Shown piece after piece: positions 45,401-55,607 of a stretch of 64,000 bases of DNA. Below the pieces are notes generated by a model. It saw only the letters and a list, made by a program, of their open reading frames with translations. It was not told where the DNA came from and searched no databases. The stretch is taken from positions 372,001-436,000 of the forward strand of contig JAIVFI010000039.1 in NCBI GenBank assembly GCA_025558095.1, written 5' to 3'. How positions within the stretch are numbered: the stretch's first letter is position 1; the number at the start of each line of letters is the position of its first letter. A program made the translations under genes and the position numbers. The stretch comes from Hyaloraphidium curvatum SAG 235-1 (taxonomy: Eukaryota; Fungi; Monoblepharomycota).

Positions 45401-46269
45401 CAACTCCAACCTGAACACTGGCAACGGCTGCCTCCTCGTGCCCGTGGTCGGCGCCGTCGGGGTCGGGTCGTGCGACAACTCGGCTGCCTCGTCCTGGGCC
45501 TTTTCGGTCCAGGGATCCGTGGTTACGGGGACCCCGACGCCGACCCCGCCCCCTCCGGACGGAGGTTCCTCGACCAACGTCGGCGCCATCGTCGGTGGCG
45601 TTGTCGGCGGCGTCGCGGGCCTGGCCGTGATCGGTGGAGCAACCTACTACGGCGTCAAGAAGGCGAACGAGAAGAAGCAGCCCATCATCGTCGCCGCCCC
45701 CACCCCCTCGGAGATGAAGACGGCGTCGGCGCCGGCGCCGGCGCCCGTGCCGAACCCGTCGCCCGTCTCTCCCCTGCCCGTCACGGGGCAGCTCTACGGG
45801 GATCCGAACGCCGCGCTCACCGGGGAACGCCCGCTCTCCGCCGTTCCCCTGCCCGCGTCGGCGATCGGCGCCGCCTCGCTCAGCCCCGTCACGCCTTCGC
45901 CCGTCAACACGAGCTACGGCACCGTGGCGGGGGCCACGGTCGCCTCCCCGAACCCGACGCCGGTGTTCATCGACGCGCCGCCGTCCGACATACCCATGAC
46001 GAGCAACCCGGCGCTGGCGGCGCTGGTGAACCAGAAGTGCTACACGCTGAGGTCGTTCCAGGCCACGGCGGCGGACGAGCTGAGCCTGGACGCGGGGGAC
46101 GTTGTTATTGTCAGGACCGCGCACGACGGTGGGTCTTTTGTCGGTTCGGGAGATTCGACGCGAATGCTGAATTTCGTTCGCAGACGGGTGGGGCCTCGTG
46201 CGCCGGATCACGCCCGAGAAGGACGAGGCCGAGGGCATGATCCCGCTCAACTTCCTTCAGAAGATCTGA
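42436..46269 (+). CDS. Receptor-like type I membrane protein: 2 Cys-rich N-domains, 3 ricin-B-like domains, Thr linkers, TM and C-terminal SH3
   Basis: Signal peptide MPSLLVVAAFAAALAG. Duplicated YTCVRSC/WTCVQSC..C..CSW units and repeated YLQD..S.C..VP.GTRNLRL.TCPG modules. TM NVGAIVGGVVGGVAGLAVIGGATYY. SH3 RSFQATAADELSLDAGDVV..DGWG..EGMIPLNFL. Confidence 0.8.
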
Positions 46270-46497
46270 GGACCTGCAGGCGGACCGGGATGGATAAGCT
46301 AGTGCATCGTGTAAGGCTAACTGTAACATGGAGGCCGAAAGGCCGCAAGCCACTCGTTCCCAATGGATCGACGTAGTTCATTCGTCATGGTCAATGTCGG
46401 GTATCAAACATATGGTTCTGGAACCCCATTGGGGCTTCTGCATCTGTCTCCGCCGCCTGCCACCGCATCACCGTCCGCATCCCCGGCCCCCCTCAGC

Positions 46498-47897
46498 TCA
46501 GTTGGCATACCCACCGGTGAACTGGGCCAGGATCCTGTCCAGATCCATGAGCGGCGCCTCGGCGCCGCCGTAGAGCATCGGCCCGCCCTCGTCGTACCCG
46601 AGGTCGCACCCCGAATCGGAGCGCACCATGGCCGAGGCGTCGGCCCACGCGGCCGGCTCGCGGGCGATCGTCCCGGCGTAGCCCGGGAAGATGGGGTCCG
46701 CGGGGAAGCAGCCCAGCATGGGGTCCACGGGGCTGCCTTCGAACAGGGTGGGGGAGCCGAGCGGGGACAAGGGGGAGGGGTGGCGTGCCGCGGTGGAGGC
46801 GTGGTCTGAGGAGGCGTCGAAGGCCTCGCCAGCGAGGCGGGAGCGGGCTTCGAAAGTGGGGTGCGGGGGGATGGAGATGCTGGAATAGAAGAAGGGGGAT
46901 GGCTCGGATTGGATGATGGGGAAGGAGGGGTTGGGCGAGAGGAGGATGGAGATAGGGCTCGGGGCCAGGGAGAGGGGGCGCGGGGTGGCCAGCGGGGTGG
47001 AGGGTGCTCGGAGCGGAGTGATTGGGTAGACGGCGGCGGGGGCTGGCAGCTGCGGAGGTGTGGCCGTGCGGGGCAGGATTTCGCTGGCTGCCTTGCCGAC
47101 CCGGCCGTCCTTGGGGTGCCTGACCGCGCCGCCCGCCATCTTGGTCGGGCGGGTGCGGGGCCCCTCGACGATGCTGCTGAACTGAAGTGCGCGGGCTTCA
47201 CGGGGGTGCGAGCATCCGCCTTTGAGCTTCTTCTTGGCGCGGCGGGAGCGGGTCTCGTCGAACGCGTTGCGGTAGTTGTCGGCGAGGACCTGCAGCAGGC
47301 GCTTGGCGCCGGGCCGCATCCTGGCTTCCAGCTGCGGGTTGAGCACGAGGAACTTCTGCACGAGGAGGTTGACGGAGCGCTGCGTGGTGGGGAGGGGTCG
47401 GACCGGGTTCTTCGCGCCGCGGCCGGGGTACGCACCTCAAAGACGTTGCGCTTGGCCTTGGTGGCGGTCGCGTCGTCCGGCAGGGGCTGCTCGGCCTTCG
47501 GGTAGTAGAGCGAGGCCAGCCTCCACTCGGCGGTGCGCGAGGCCGGGTCCGCGGCGGCGAGGTCGGCGTCGACGTCGACCCACTCGCCGGCGACGCGGCA
47601 GAGGAAGCGCGGGTGGCCCGCGGCGGCGTAGACGACGGCGAGCCTCTCGTCCTTGGCGGCGACGGCGGCGGCGACGGCCTGGGCGACGTGCGGCGGCCAG
47701 TGCGCGAGGGGTTGGTGCGGCGGCCACGCGCCCCCGGCGGCGCCGCGCGGGGCGGGCGGCGAGGGCGCGGGCGGCGGCGGCGGCGCGGAGGCGAGCAGCG
47801 GGAGCCTGCGGCCGCGGAGGCAGTCAGCATCGGCCCGTGCGGGGCGCCGCCGGCGGAGTTCGGCCCACCGGCCCGCGCGCACCCACCAGGAGGCCAT
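46498..47897 (-). CDS. Putative DNA-binding regulator, LNP..YRN..SRR family paralog 2
   Basis: Micro-exon MASW, then RFLCRVAGEWVDVDADL...YYP...KRNVFE, an intron, and RSVNLLVQKFLVLNPQL...LADNYRNAFDETRSRRAKKK with an acidic tail containing RSDSGC. Confidence 0.7.
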
Positions 47898-48897
47898 TGC
47901 GGCGGCGGGATCTGGGCGGGCGAGATCCGTGCAGACGAAGGCCGGGCGACGCGGCAGTGAGCGCTTGCTCGGCTATCAAGATGATGGTCCGAGAGCCGGG
48001 GGGGTGGCGGCTCGCGACCCCTTGCAGGATCGAAATCCTTGCCCGTGACGGCTGAAGGATGACGCTTCCCCACGCCTTGCCGCGCGCATCAAACGTTCCG
48101 CCGGGAGTCGGATCTTTGTTCCCATGGGTAAAGAGAGACGCTGCCCGCAAAATTGCTTCGAGGAGTGCATGCTTCGAGAGATAGGATATTTTGACTCGCG
48201 TAACGTGGGTCCACATTGACCAGGGGGGCACGGGGGTACGTGGCGACACCTGAAAGGACCGACTGCCCCCCACAAGCGCGCATTCCATGTTCCGTGAGAG
48301 CACCCGAACCGTTCTGCACCGTCTTTCTCAAGTCCGGTCCTCCCAGGTGCGTCGGATGCTCGTTCCCGGATGCTTGACACGCCGCGGTAGATGACGTCGG
48401 TAGGGAAAGCAGGCCGACATTCCCTACCCTTAGAGATAAAGCACCGACGCAACGGGAATGAGATCGGCTGTCGAGAACGGCGGGCCTTTGCTCGCCCGGC
48501 TTTCGGGATCGGCCAACCGTCCGCCCGCGGCCATGCGCCGGTGTCCGCGTGCACGTCCGCCGACCCGTGCATGCAAGGCGCCTAGGGATTGACCGCCGCG
48601 AGCCAAAATCCGGCGATGCCTGAACTGTAGCCAGCCCGCATGTGTGCGGTCCCGCCCAACCCGGAGCGCGGAAAGGGATCCGGGGTACGTCATGCGGCAT
48701 CGCAGACGTTCCTGTGCGCACCGCGTGCGCGCCCGCCGCGCCGAAGCGGAAAGGCATTTGTCAGCTGGCCCGTGACCCCCTGGTCGGGGGCTGAGGAACT
48801 TTCGCCGGATGCAGGCGGCCGCACGAGAAGCCGACCCAATGGATCGGGATGGGCGAGGAGGGTCGGAATCTTCGCAGCTTCTATGCCGGCTTCGCGG

Positions 48898-49506
48898 TCA
48901 CTTGCTTCCCACAGGCCCGTCCGAAATGTGCAGTTCCGCCAGCAAGCCGCCGATGGCGTCCTCCCACGAGCTCCTCAGCTCCTCCGCCTCTTCGTGCCAC
49001 CCGTTGAGCTCGTCCATGAACTCGTTCTGCATTTCCTCGTCGAACGAGATGTCTGCGAAAGTGGCGCCACGTCAGCCCGCCGTCGCCCGATCGGCTTCTC
49101 GAAGCGGCCACCGACACGGGTCCTCGGGTTCTTCCGGCTCCGGTCCGAGCAGCTCCTCCGTAGCCTCGTCCATCCACCTGCCGACCTCCATCGATCCCAG
49201 CGCCGCCGTGAGCTGCTCTTCCGCCTTGTCGTGCTTGCCCGCCGCGAACTTCCTCGCCTCGATCCAGCCCTTCCTCGCCGATTGGCAGTTGAACTTCTTG
49301 CCCGGGAGCAGCGCCGCAAGGGGCTTGGCGAGCTGCCTGGCGAAGGCGGGCTGCAGGTCCGGAGGGGGCCGCAGGGTCGACGTGGCTTTCGACAGGCGGG
49401 CGAGGGTGCGGAGGTCCAGGCGGGGGGCGACGAGCTCGGCGACGATGCGGGGACGGTCCGCACGAGAAGGAGCTTTCGACGCCATTGCGATTTGGAGGCT
49501 GGTCAT
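48898..49506 (-). CDS. Small F-box-like remnant with an acidic C-terminus (possible pseudogene)
   Basis: IVAELVAPRLDLRTLARLSKATSTLR is F-box-like. A probable intron at about 49055-49113 leads to DISFDEEMQNEFMDELNGWHEEAEEL...*. Confidence 0.4.
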
Positions 49507-49607
49507 GGGGAGTCGAAGGTGTTGTTGTTGGACTCGCGTCGAATCATCGATCCTCGGCCGCGGGCCCAAACAGATCGACGCGCTGCGAGAAAGACGACGC
49601 GTCCGCG

Positions 49608-50680
49608 ATGCCACCGACAGCGCCACCAGAACGATTGCCTCTGAAGCCCCCGGCATGCAGCCTCAAGATCGTCTCGGTGAAACGCGTGGAGCCTCCCCCG
49701 CCTGGGGCGGTCCCGCGCGGCCTCTTCTTCGCCTGCCGACGCGCGAGCAGGCCTGACCGCTGCTTCGAGCTCTACAAGATCCCCGGGCACTTCGGTCAGC
49801 CTCCGCTTGGCTTCTTCTGCAGGTCCGAGACCGAGGCGCCGCGCTGCCTCTCGTGCGGCCGCCCCGCACAGAGCACTTTTCCAAGCCAGCGAGGCGAAGG
49901 AGACGCACGCGTTCACGTCGACGCGCCGAGCTGCAACACCGGGCTTTGCAACACCGTCCTGTGGCCCGTCGTCGAGACGCTCGCTGACGCGGTTTCCCAC
50001 GTGCTCGCGGTCCGCGGAGACCTCTGGCCTCCGCAGACGTTCGCCTACGCCAACGAACGCATGTCGTTCGTCTTCAAACCAAGTTTGTTTCCCAACGGAC
50101 AGAAAGATGCGGATCTGTACGCCATAGATCCGCGCACGTTCGACCTCCTCGTGCCCATGCACGTCGCCGATCGCCCCGCGGCTGTGGACCCCGGCGCCGC
50201 CCTTGTGGGGCGCGAGGAGCACTTCAAGGCGGCAACGCCGAGCGTGGCGATCAAGAAAGCTTTTTATCATGAGCCCGAAATCAAGAAGGAGTGCCTGCTC
50301 TGCGGATCCGGACCGGTCACCAGGTTCGGCTGCGAGGTGGTCACGATCTCGGGCGCCAAGCGACCGCAGGACCTGCTCTTTGCCATCCCCTGCTGCGAAC
50401 GCCCCTGCTGCTTTGAAGCCGCCTCGATCCTGTGCTCCCGGCTCTGCGCCACCGCCCGGTACGTCTCGTCGAACGGCAAACCCAAGGAGTTCGACGGCAG
50501 GAGCTGCGACGGCTGCGGTGGGATCTTTGACTTTCCCGCCCCCGGATCAAGAGCTGTGGCGCGTGCAAATTCGCGAGGTACTGCTCGAAGGATTGCCAGA
50601 TAGAGAGCTGGGGCAAGCATAAAGGGATATGCGGGGCGCTGTCCGAGCTGCGTGGGGCATCGCCTGCTGCGGACCAGTGA
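49608..50680 (+). CDS. MYND zinc-finger protein with an apparent frameshift in a C-run near 50540
   Basis: RSCDGCG in one frame continues as IKSCGACKFARYCSKDCQIESWGKHKGIC in the -1 frame. Additional CxxC pairs lie upstream. Confidence 0.8.
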
Positions 50681-50854
50681 GGAGCATGCCCCTGATCCAA
50701 AATGGGGAGCCGTGTCGAGAAGAGCTAAGGACATATGGCATCCACCGGTAGTAAGGATAGCCGCTCGATCCGAGCCACTCTAGAAGGAGTTGGGAGTTGG
50801 TCCGGCGGCCCGCGACGCCAAGGCAAACAAAGCGATCGGGGCCACTCAACAACG

Positions 50855-53353
50855 ATGCGGGGGCCGCTGGGCCTCTGCCTGCGGTCTCCATGGACGCCAT
50901 TTCTTCCCGCGTTTTTGCCGGCGGCGCTCGGGGCCCCACCTGCCGCGCTGCGGACTCTGCGGCCGGCCGCGGGCGCGTCTCCGCGGCCCGCCCAGATTCG
51001 CGGGCTCCGCGCGCGGCGGAAGCGCGACATCCCGGCGCCGACCCGGACGAACTTACTTGCGGCCGATGAGGTCGCGGAGGAGCGGACAGAAGACGCGGCG
51101 GAGGCCGCGGGCCCCGTCGGCATGGGCAGGCATCCCTTGGCGGAGCGGGACCGGTTCGCTGCCCCGCCACCGGAGGGCGACTACGACTCCCCTCCGCCCT
51201 CCCAATGGGACACGCGGGACAGCTTGCCGCCCCCCCCGAACGACCCGCGCGGCGAGCCCCGCCCGCTGGACCCGGATCTCGCGGACGAGGCGCTCGAGGT
51301 GCTCCGTTTGGTCTTCCGGTTCGCCTCGGGCCGCCTGTTCGACACCGGGCGCGACATGCCGACGCTGCGGCATCGCCTGCAGCGCGCCTGGAAGGCGTAC
51401 CTCTACCTGGGTCCGCAGAACCTCACGCACGACGAGCTGCTCCGGGTGGCCTTCATGTTCGCCAAGCCGGGCCTGGTGGCGCGCTCCAACCTCCGGGAAT
51501 TCTTGACGCGCGGGCTAATGGAGGAGGAGGAGGCGCGGGAGTGGACAAAGGACATCGAGGACGCGGCCAAGCGGCTGGAGCGGATCGTGTCCCACGCCGC
51601 CGTCCTCAAAATCCAGATTTCGCCAGAGATCCTCACCTTCTACTTCACCGTCAAGCTGGACGAACTGACGTGAGTCGCACCCCGTGTTGTCGCGGAGGAA
51701 CGCCCCGCCGAACCCCGATCCCCGCCCGCCCGAAGGACCTACCGCGCCGTGCAGCGCATGCTCACGGTCTTCGACCTTCTCGACATGCCCCCCGCCCCCA
51801 GCAACATCGGCACCCTTCTCTCTGGCATCGCCGGCGCCGGCAACTACACCGGCTTCCTCCACGCCCTCCACGGCGCCGCCTCGCGGTACCCGGACATCTC
51901 GACAAACCTCCCCCTCGTGCGGACGTTCCTCGGCGCCGTGCGCAACGTCGCCCGCCGCGCCTGCGAGGATCTGGAGGGGTACCACGTCGGCCCGCCGCTC
52001 GCGCGGGGGTACAGCTTCGCGGCGGACCTGGTGGTCCCCGTGGACCCTGCCAACCGCAAGGACGGGCGGGTGAGCAGGGACAGCCCGTTCGCCAAGATCC
52101 CGTCGGGCCCGGACCTCCACGTCGGGAGGGCGGCGGATCCCGTGGCGGCGTTGAGGAGGATGGCGGCCCACCTGGCGCCGGCCGACTTTCTGGACCTGTG
52201 CCGGCCCGATGTGCCCCCGGGGAGCGTCAAGCCCGGGAACAAGGTCGTCGCGCTGCTCGGCCACGCGCTCAACCTGCACGCCGCGGGGTCGGCGGAGCTG
52301 GACGCGAGGGTGCTGACGGCCGTCGTGGAGGCGCTGGTGGCGTGGCAGCAGCCCGCGACGGCGGTGGCGGCGTACGATTTGCTGGTGGGAGAGCCGTACG
52401 GGATCCAGCCCGAGGAAACGGCGTTCATCGCGATGCTGGAGGACTGCACGAAGCGGGACGATGAGAAGCTTGGGAACGGTGTCGTGGCCCGCTGGCGGAG
52501 GGACGCGCAGGGGCGGGAGACCCGGCGGCCGCTGTACAACGCGCTCATCGCGTTCTACGCCAGGACCGGGCGACCGGAACTGGCGCGGGAGGCGTACGGG
52601 GAGCTGCGGGCTGCGGGGCACGAGCCGAACTCGGTCACGCTGATGGCGCTGCTGGACGCCGTGCCGCCGGAACCGCAGGGGTTCGCCCCGTTCCGCGCCC
52701 TCTTTGACGAGCTCGGAACTGCGGGCGTGGAAATCAGCACGCAGCACTGGACCAAGGCCCTCTCGATCATGGTGAAGCGCGGCGACCGCGACGGCATGGC
52801 GGAGCTCCTCGTAGCCATCCCCGAGCTGGACCGCACCGCAATCGGGGTGCTGGCCACGGACGCTGCCGAGCGCGCCGACGTGGAGGACTTCAAGGCCGCG
52901 CTGCGGCTGGCCCCCGGCCCCGAGGAGCTCTCGCACTACCCCACGTGGGTCGCGGCCATCAGGTGCTTCCGCAACGCCATGATCTACGTGCCCGAGCTGC
53001 GCGAGGCGGTGGTCGCCGTGGCGGCGGCGGTGCTGGACGAGGAGCCGCTGCGCGCCGAGGACCTGCCCGAGCAGCTGCAGGATGTGGCGCTGGTGGGCGT
53101 CCGGCCGCCGACGAGCGACGTCGCGGGGGTTTTCCGGTCCGCGCTGCTGGCCACGGTCGCGGATGTTCTCCGCAAGGTCGGGGGGGTTGAGAGCGATTTG
53201 TTGAGGGAGAAGGCGCGGCAGTGCTTGCTCAGGAGGGGGTTGGACGTGCCGGCGGACAATGTGCAGGAGCTGTGCAACGCGCTGCTGGGAAGGACTGGCA
53301 CCGGGTCGGTCGTTGGCGGGCCTGTAGCAAAAGGCCGCCCGCTCCCGAGCTGA
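50855..53353 (+). CDS. Pentatricopeptide repeat (PPR) protein, probably mitochondrial, 1 intron
   Basis: Arg-rich presequence-like N-terminus. PPR motif LYNALIAFYARTGRPELAREAYGELRAAGHEPNSVTLMALLDA and PEETAFIAMLEDC. Intron at about 51670-51736. Confidence 0.75.
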
Positions 53354-53509
53354 TAGCTCCCCTCGGATGTAGAGCCGCGAATGACCATGATCAATCTGCC
53401 AGCTTGGCGGCACAATCCGTGCATGCTCGGTCGTCTGCTGATCAATGTCGTGATTTCAGTCAAGGCCCTTGACAGAAGCTTTGCGAAGAAGCCCTCCATC
53501 CCTCGTGAA

Positions 53510-55282
53510 TTACAACCTGTTGCCCCGTTCTGGTCCGGCGAGCCGCACGTACACGTAGTAGGCGGACACCTCCTCCCCATTGCCGTCGACAAAGATCGCC
53601 CGCACCCGGGCGTTCCCCTTCGGCAGCTGGAGCACCACCGTCGATCCGAGATCGCGGTCCCCGACAGGCACTTCCGCCACCTGTCCTCCCAGCACCTCGA
53701 CCCTCGCGGTCCGCAGATCCAGGGCCTTCCCTCCCTCGTACCAGCCCCACTCGGCGGCATCCACGGCGTCCCTCCGGAACCCCACGTCCGCCCCCTCGAT
53801 CCCCTCCTTGGCCGCCCGCGCCGCCTCCTCGGGCCACCTCCGCAGCTCGAACCCGTACCTCCCCGCCCGCTCGACGCACACCTCCCACCATCCCCTCGCC
53901 ATCTCCCCCGCCCTCACCTGTCCCTGGTTCCACACGCCGTCCCCGCGCTCGTTCCGCAGATCGTGCGCGGTCAGCACGGCCGCCGCCGTCCCCGCGGCAC
54001 CGAGCGACACCGGCACGTCCTCCCCCGCCCGCGCCGCGCAGAGCTCCCACCACTCCTCGTACGCCGCACGGAGCTCCGCGACCAGCCCCGGGTGCGCCCC
54101 GGCGATGTTGTTGCGCTGCCCCGGGTCGGCCGCGAGGTCGTACAGCTCCGTCCGGTTGACCAGGCGCCACCGGCCCTGCATCACGCAGCTCAGGCGCCAC
54201 TTGACGGGGTACGGCACGCGCTGGGTGTCGGTCACCACGGTGCGCTCCAGGAACGCGGGGTCGGGGGCGGAGCCGCGGAGGAGCGCAGCGAGGCTGCGCC
54301 CGTGGAACCCGGCGGGGGGAAAGGGGACCCCGCAGAGGTCCAGCACGGTGGGGGCAAAGTCGATGTAGGCCGTCAGCGCGCGCACGTCCAGGCCGCCCGG
54401 GCGGCCGATCCCGCCGCCGGGCCACCGCGCGAAAAGGGGGATCCGGTGGCCGCCCTCGTACATGCTGCCCTTGTACCCGCGCATGCCCGCGTTGTAGGCC
54501 CGCTCGGGCCCGGCGGCGATCCCGCACTGCCCGTTGTCGCTGGCAAAGATGAGCACGGTGTCGTCCTCGATGCCCAGTCCGGCGAGGCGGGTCCGAAGGA
54601 GGCCAAAGTTTTCGTCGATGTTGGATATCATGCCCAGGAACCGCGCGTAGCTCTCGGTCTTTGTGCGTCCCGCGTACATGGCGCGGTACCGCTCCTCGAC
54701 GTTGAAGGGGTGGTGCGGCGCGTTGGTCGAGATCATGCAGAACACGGGCCGCCGCTCGTGGTGCTCCTCGATGAACTTGAGCGCCTCCCGGAAGAAGACG
54801 TCCGTGCAGTACCCCCGGAACGCCGTCGGCACGCCGTCGACCGAGTACGTATCGTCAAAGTAATCGTTTCCCCAGCTGTCCGGCACCTGGCCGATGCCGC
54901 CGCCGCCGTGGACCACCGTGCGGCCGAACCCGCGGTCCTGGGCACGGTACGGGTATGCGTCGCCGAGATGCCACTTGCCAAACAGCCCCGTCGCGTAGCC
55001 CGCCTCGGACAGGGCGTCGGCCAGCGTGCGCTCGCCCCTGCGCAGCAGCGAGCGGCCCCCGACGGTGTGCCAGACGCCGGTCGAGTTTGCGTGGTGGCCG
55101 GTGAGCAGGCCCGCGCGCGTCGGGGCGCACGTGGTGCCCGAGTGGAAGTCGAGCAGGCGCGCGGCGCCGCCGTGGAACGCGTCGAGGTGCGGCGTCCGCA
55201 CGAGGGGATGGCCGTGCGCGCCCAGCGGCGGGTAGCCCTGGTCATCGGTCAGCACAAACACGACGTGCGGAGGTCTGGCCAT
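53510..55282 (-). CDS. Arylsulfatase (Cys-type FGly sulfatase), intronless, bacterial-like
   Basis: Motifs PHVVFVLTDDQGY, TCAPTRAGLLTG, GYATGLFGKWHLG, NAPHHP, FASDNG, GYKGSMYEGGHRIP and ELYDLAADPGQ. Confidence 0.95.
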   Translation of the reverse strand: MARPPHVVFVLTDDQGYPPLGAHGHPLVRTPHLDAFHGGAARLLDFHSGTTCAPTRAGLLTGHHANSTGVWHTVGGRSLLRRGERTLADALSEAGYATGLFGKWHLGDAYPYRAQDRGFGRTVVHGGGGIGQVPDSWGNDYFDDTYSVDGVPTAFRGYCTDVFFREALKFIEEHHERRPVFCMISTNAPHHPFNVEERYRAMYAGRTKTESYARFLGMISNIDENFGLLRTRLAGLGIEDDTVLIFASDNGQCGIAAGPERAYNAGMRGYKGSMYEGGHRIPLFARWPGGGIGRPGGLDVRALTAYIDFAPTVLDLCGVPFPPAGFHGRSLAALLRGSAPDPAFLERTVVTDTQRVPYPVKWRLSCVMQGRWRLVNRTELYDLAADPGQRNNIAGAHPGLVAELRAAYEEWWELCAARAGEDVPVSLGAAGTAAAVLTAHDLRNERGDGVWNQGQVRAGEMARGWWEVCVERAGRYGFELRRWPEEAARAAKEGIEGADVGFRRDAVDAAEWGWYEGGKALDLRTARVEVLGGQVAEVPVGDRDLGSTVVLQLPKGNARVRAIFVDGNGEEVSAYYVYVRLAGPERGNRL

Positions 55283-55607
55283 TGGCGGACCGCTCTCCGG
55301 GAGGGATGGGCAGTTGTTCGGGGATTGGGTCTCCGACGCAGGCCGACTGCTCTAGAGTTGCCTCGGATGTGTGGCGGCTAATGAAGATGATCCATTCAGC
55401 AGCTTGGCATCATCATCATCTGCACGATTCGGTACTATGTCCGTGATTGAAAAGTGATTTCAAGCAAGGCCGCGCGAGTGGGCGGTGCGGGAGAAGGGCC
55501 TCATTCCCGGAAGCTCCGGGCGCGCCCAACCCCGGCGCCCGCGGAGCGCTTAGCGCGCGACTTGTTTGGCGACGTTGCCGCTGCCGCCCGCAGCCCGCGC
55601 GCCCCGA

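Noticed and set aside
39505-48890. ncRNA/tRNA genes or shared promoter elements in the long intergenic stretches (39.5-40.8 kb and 47.9-48.9 kb)
   Set aside because: No recognisable cloverleaf, rRNA or snRNA motifs, and no convincing shared motif by eye.
50525-50550. Programmed -1 ribosomal frameshift producing the MYND finger
   Set aside because: There is no canonical X XXY YYZ slippery heptamer with Y=A/U. A homopolymer indel is the simpler explanation.
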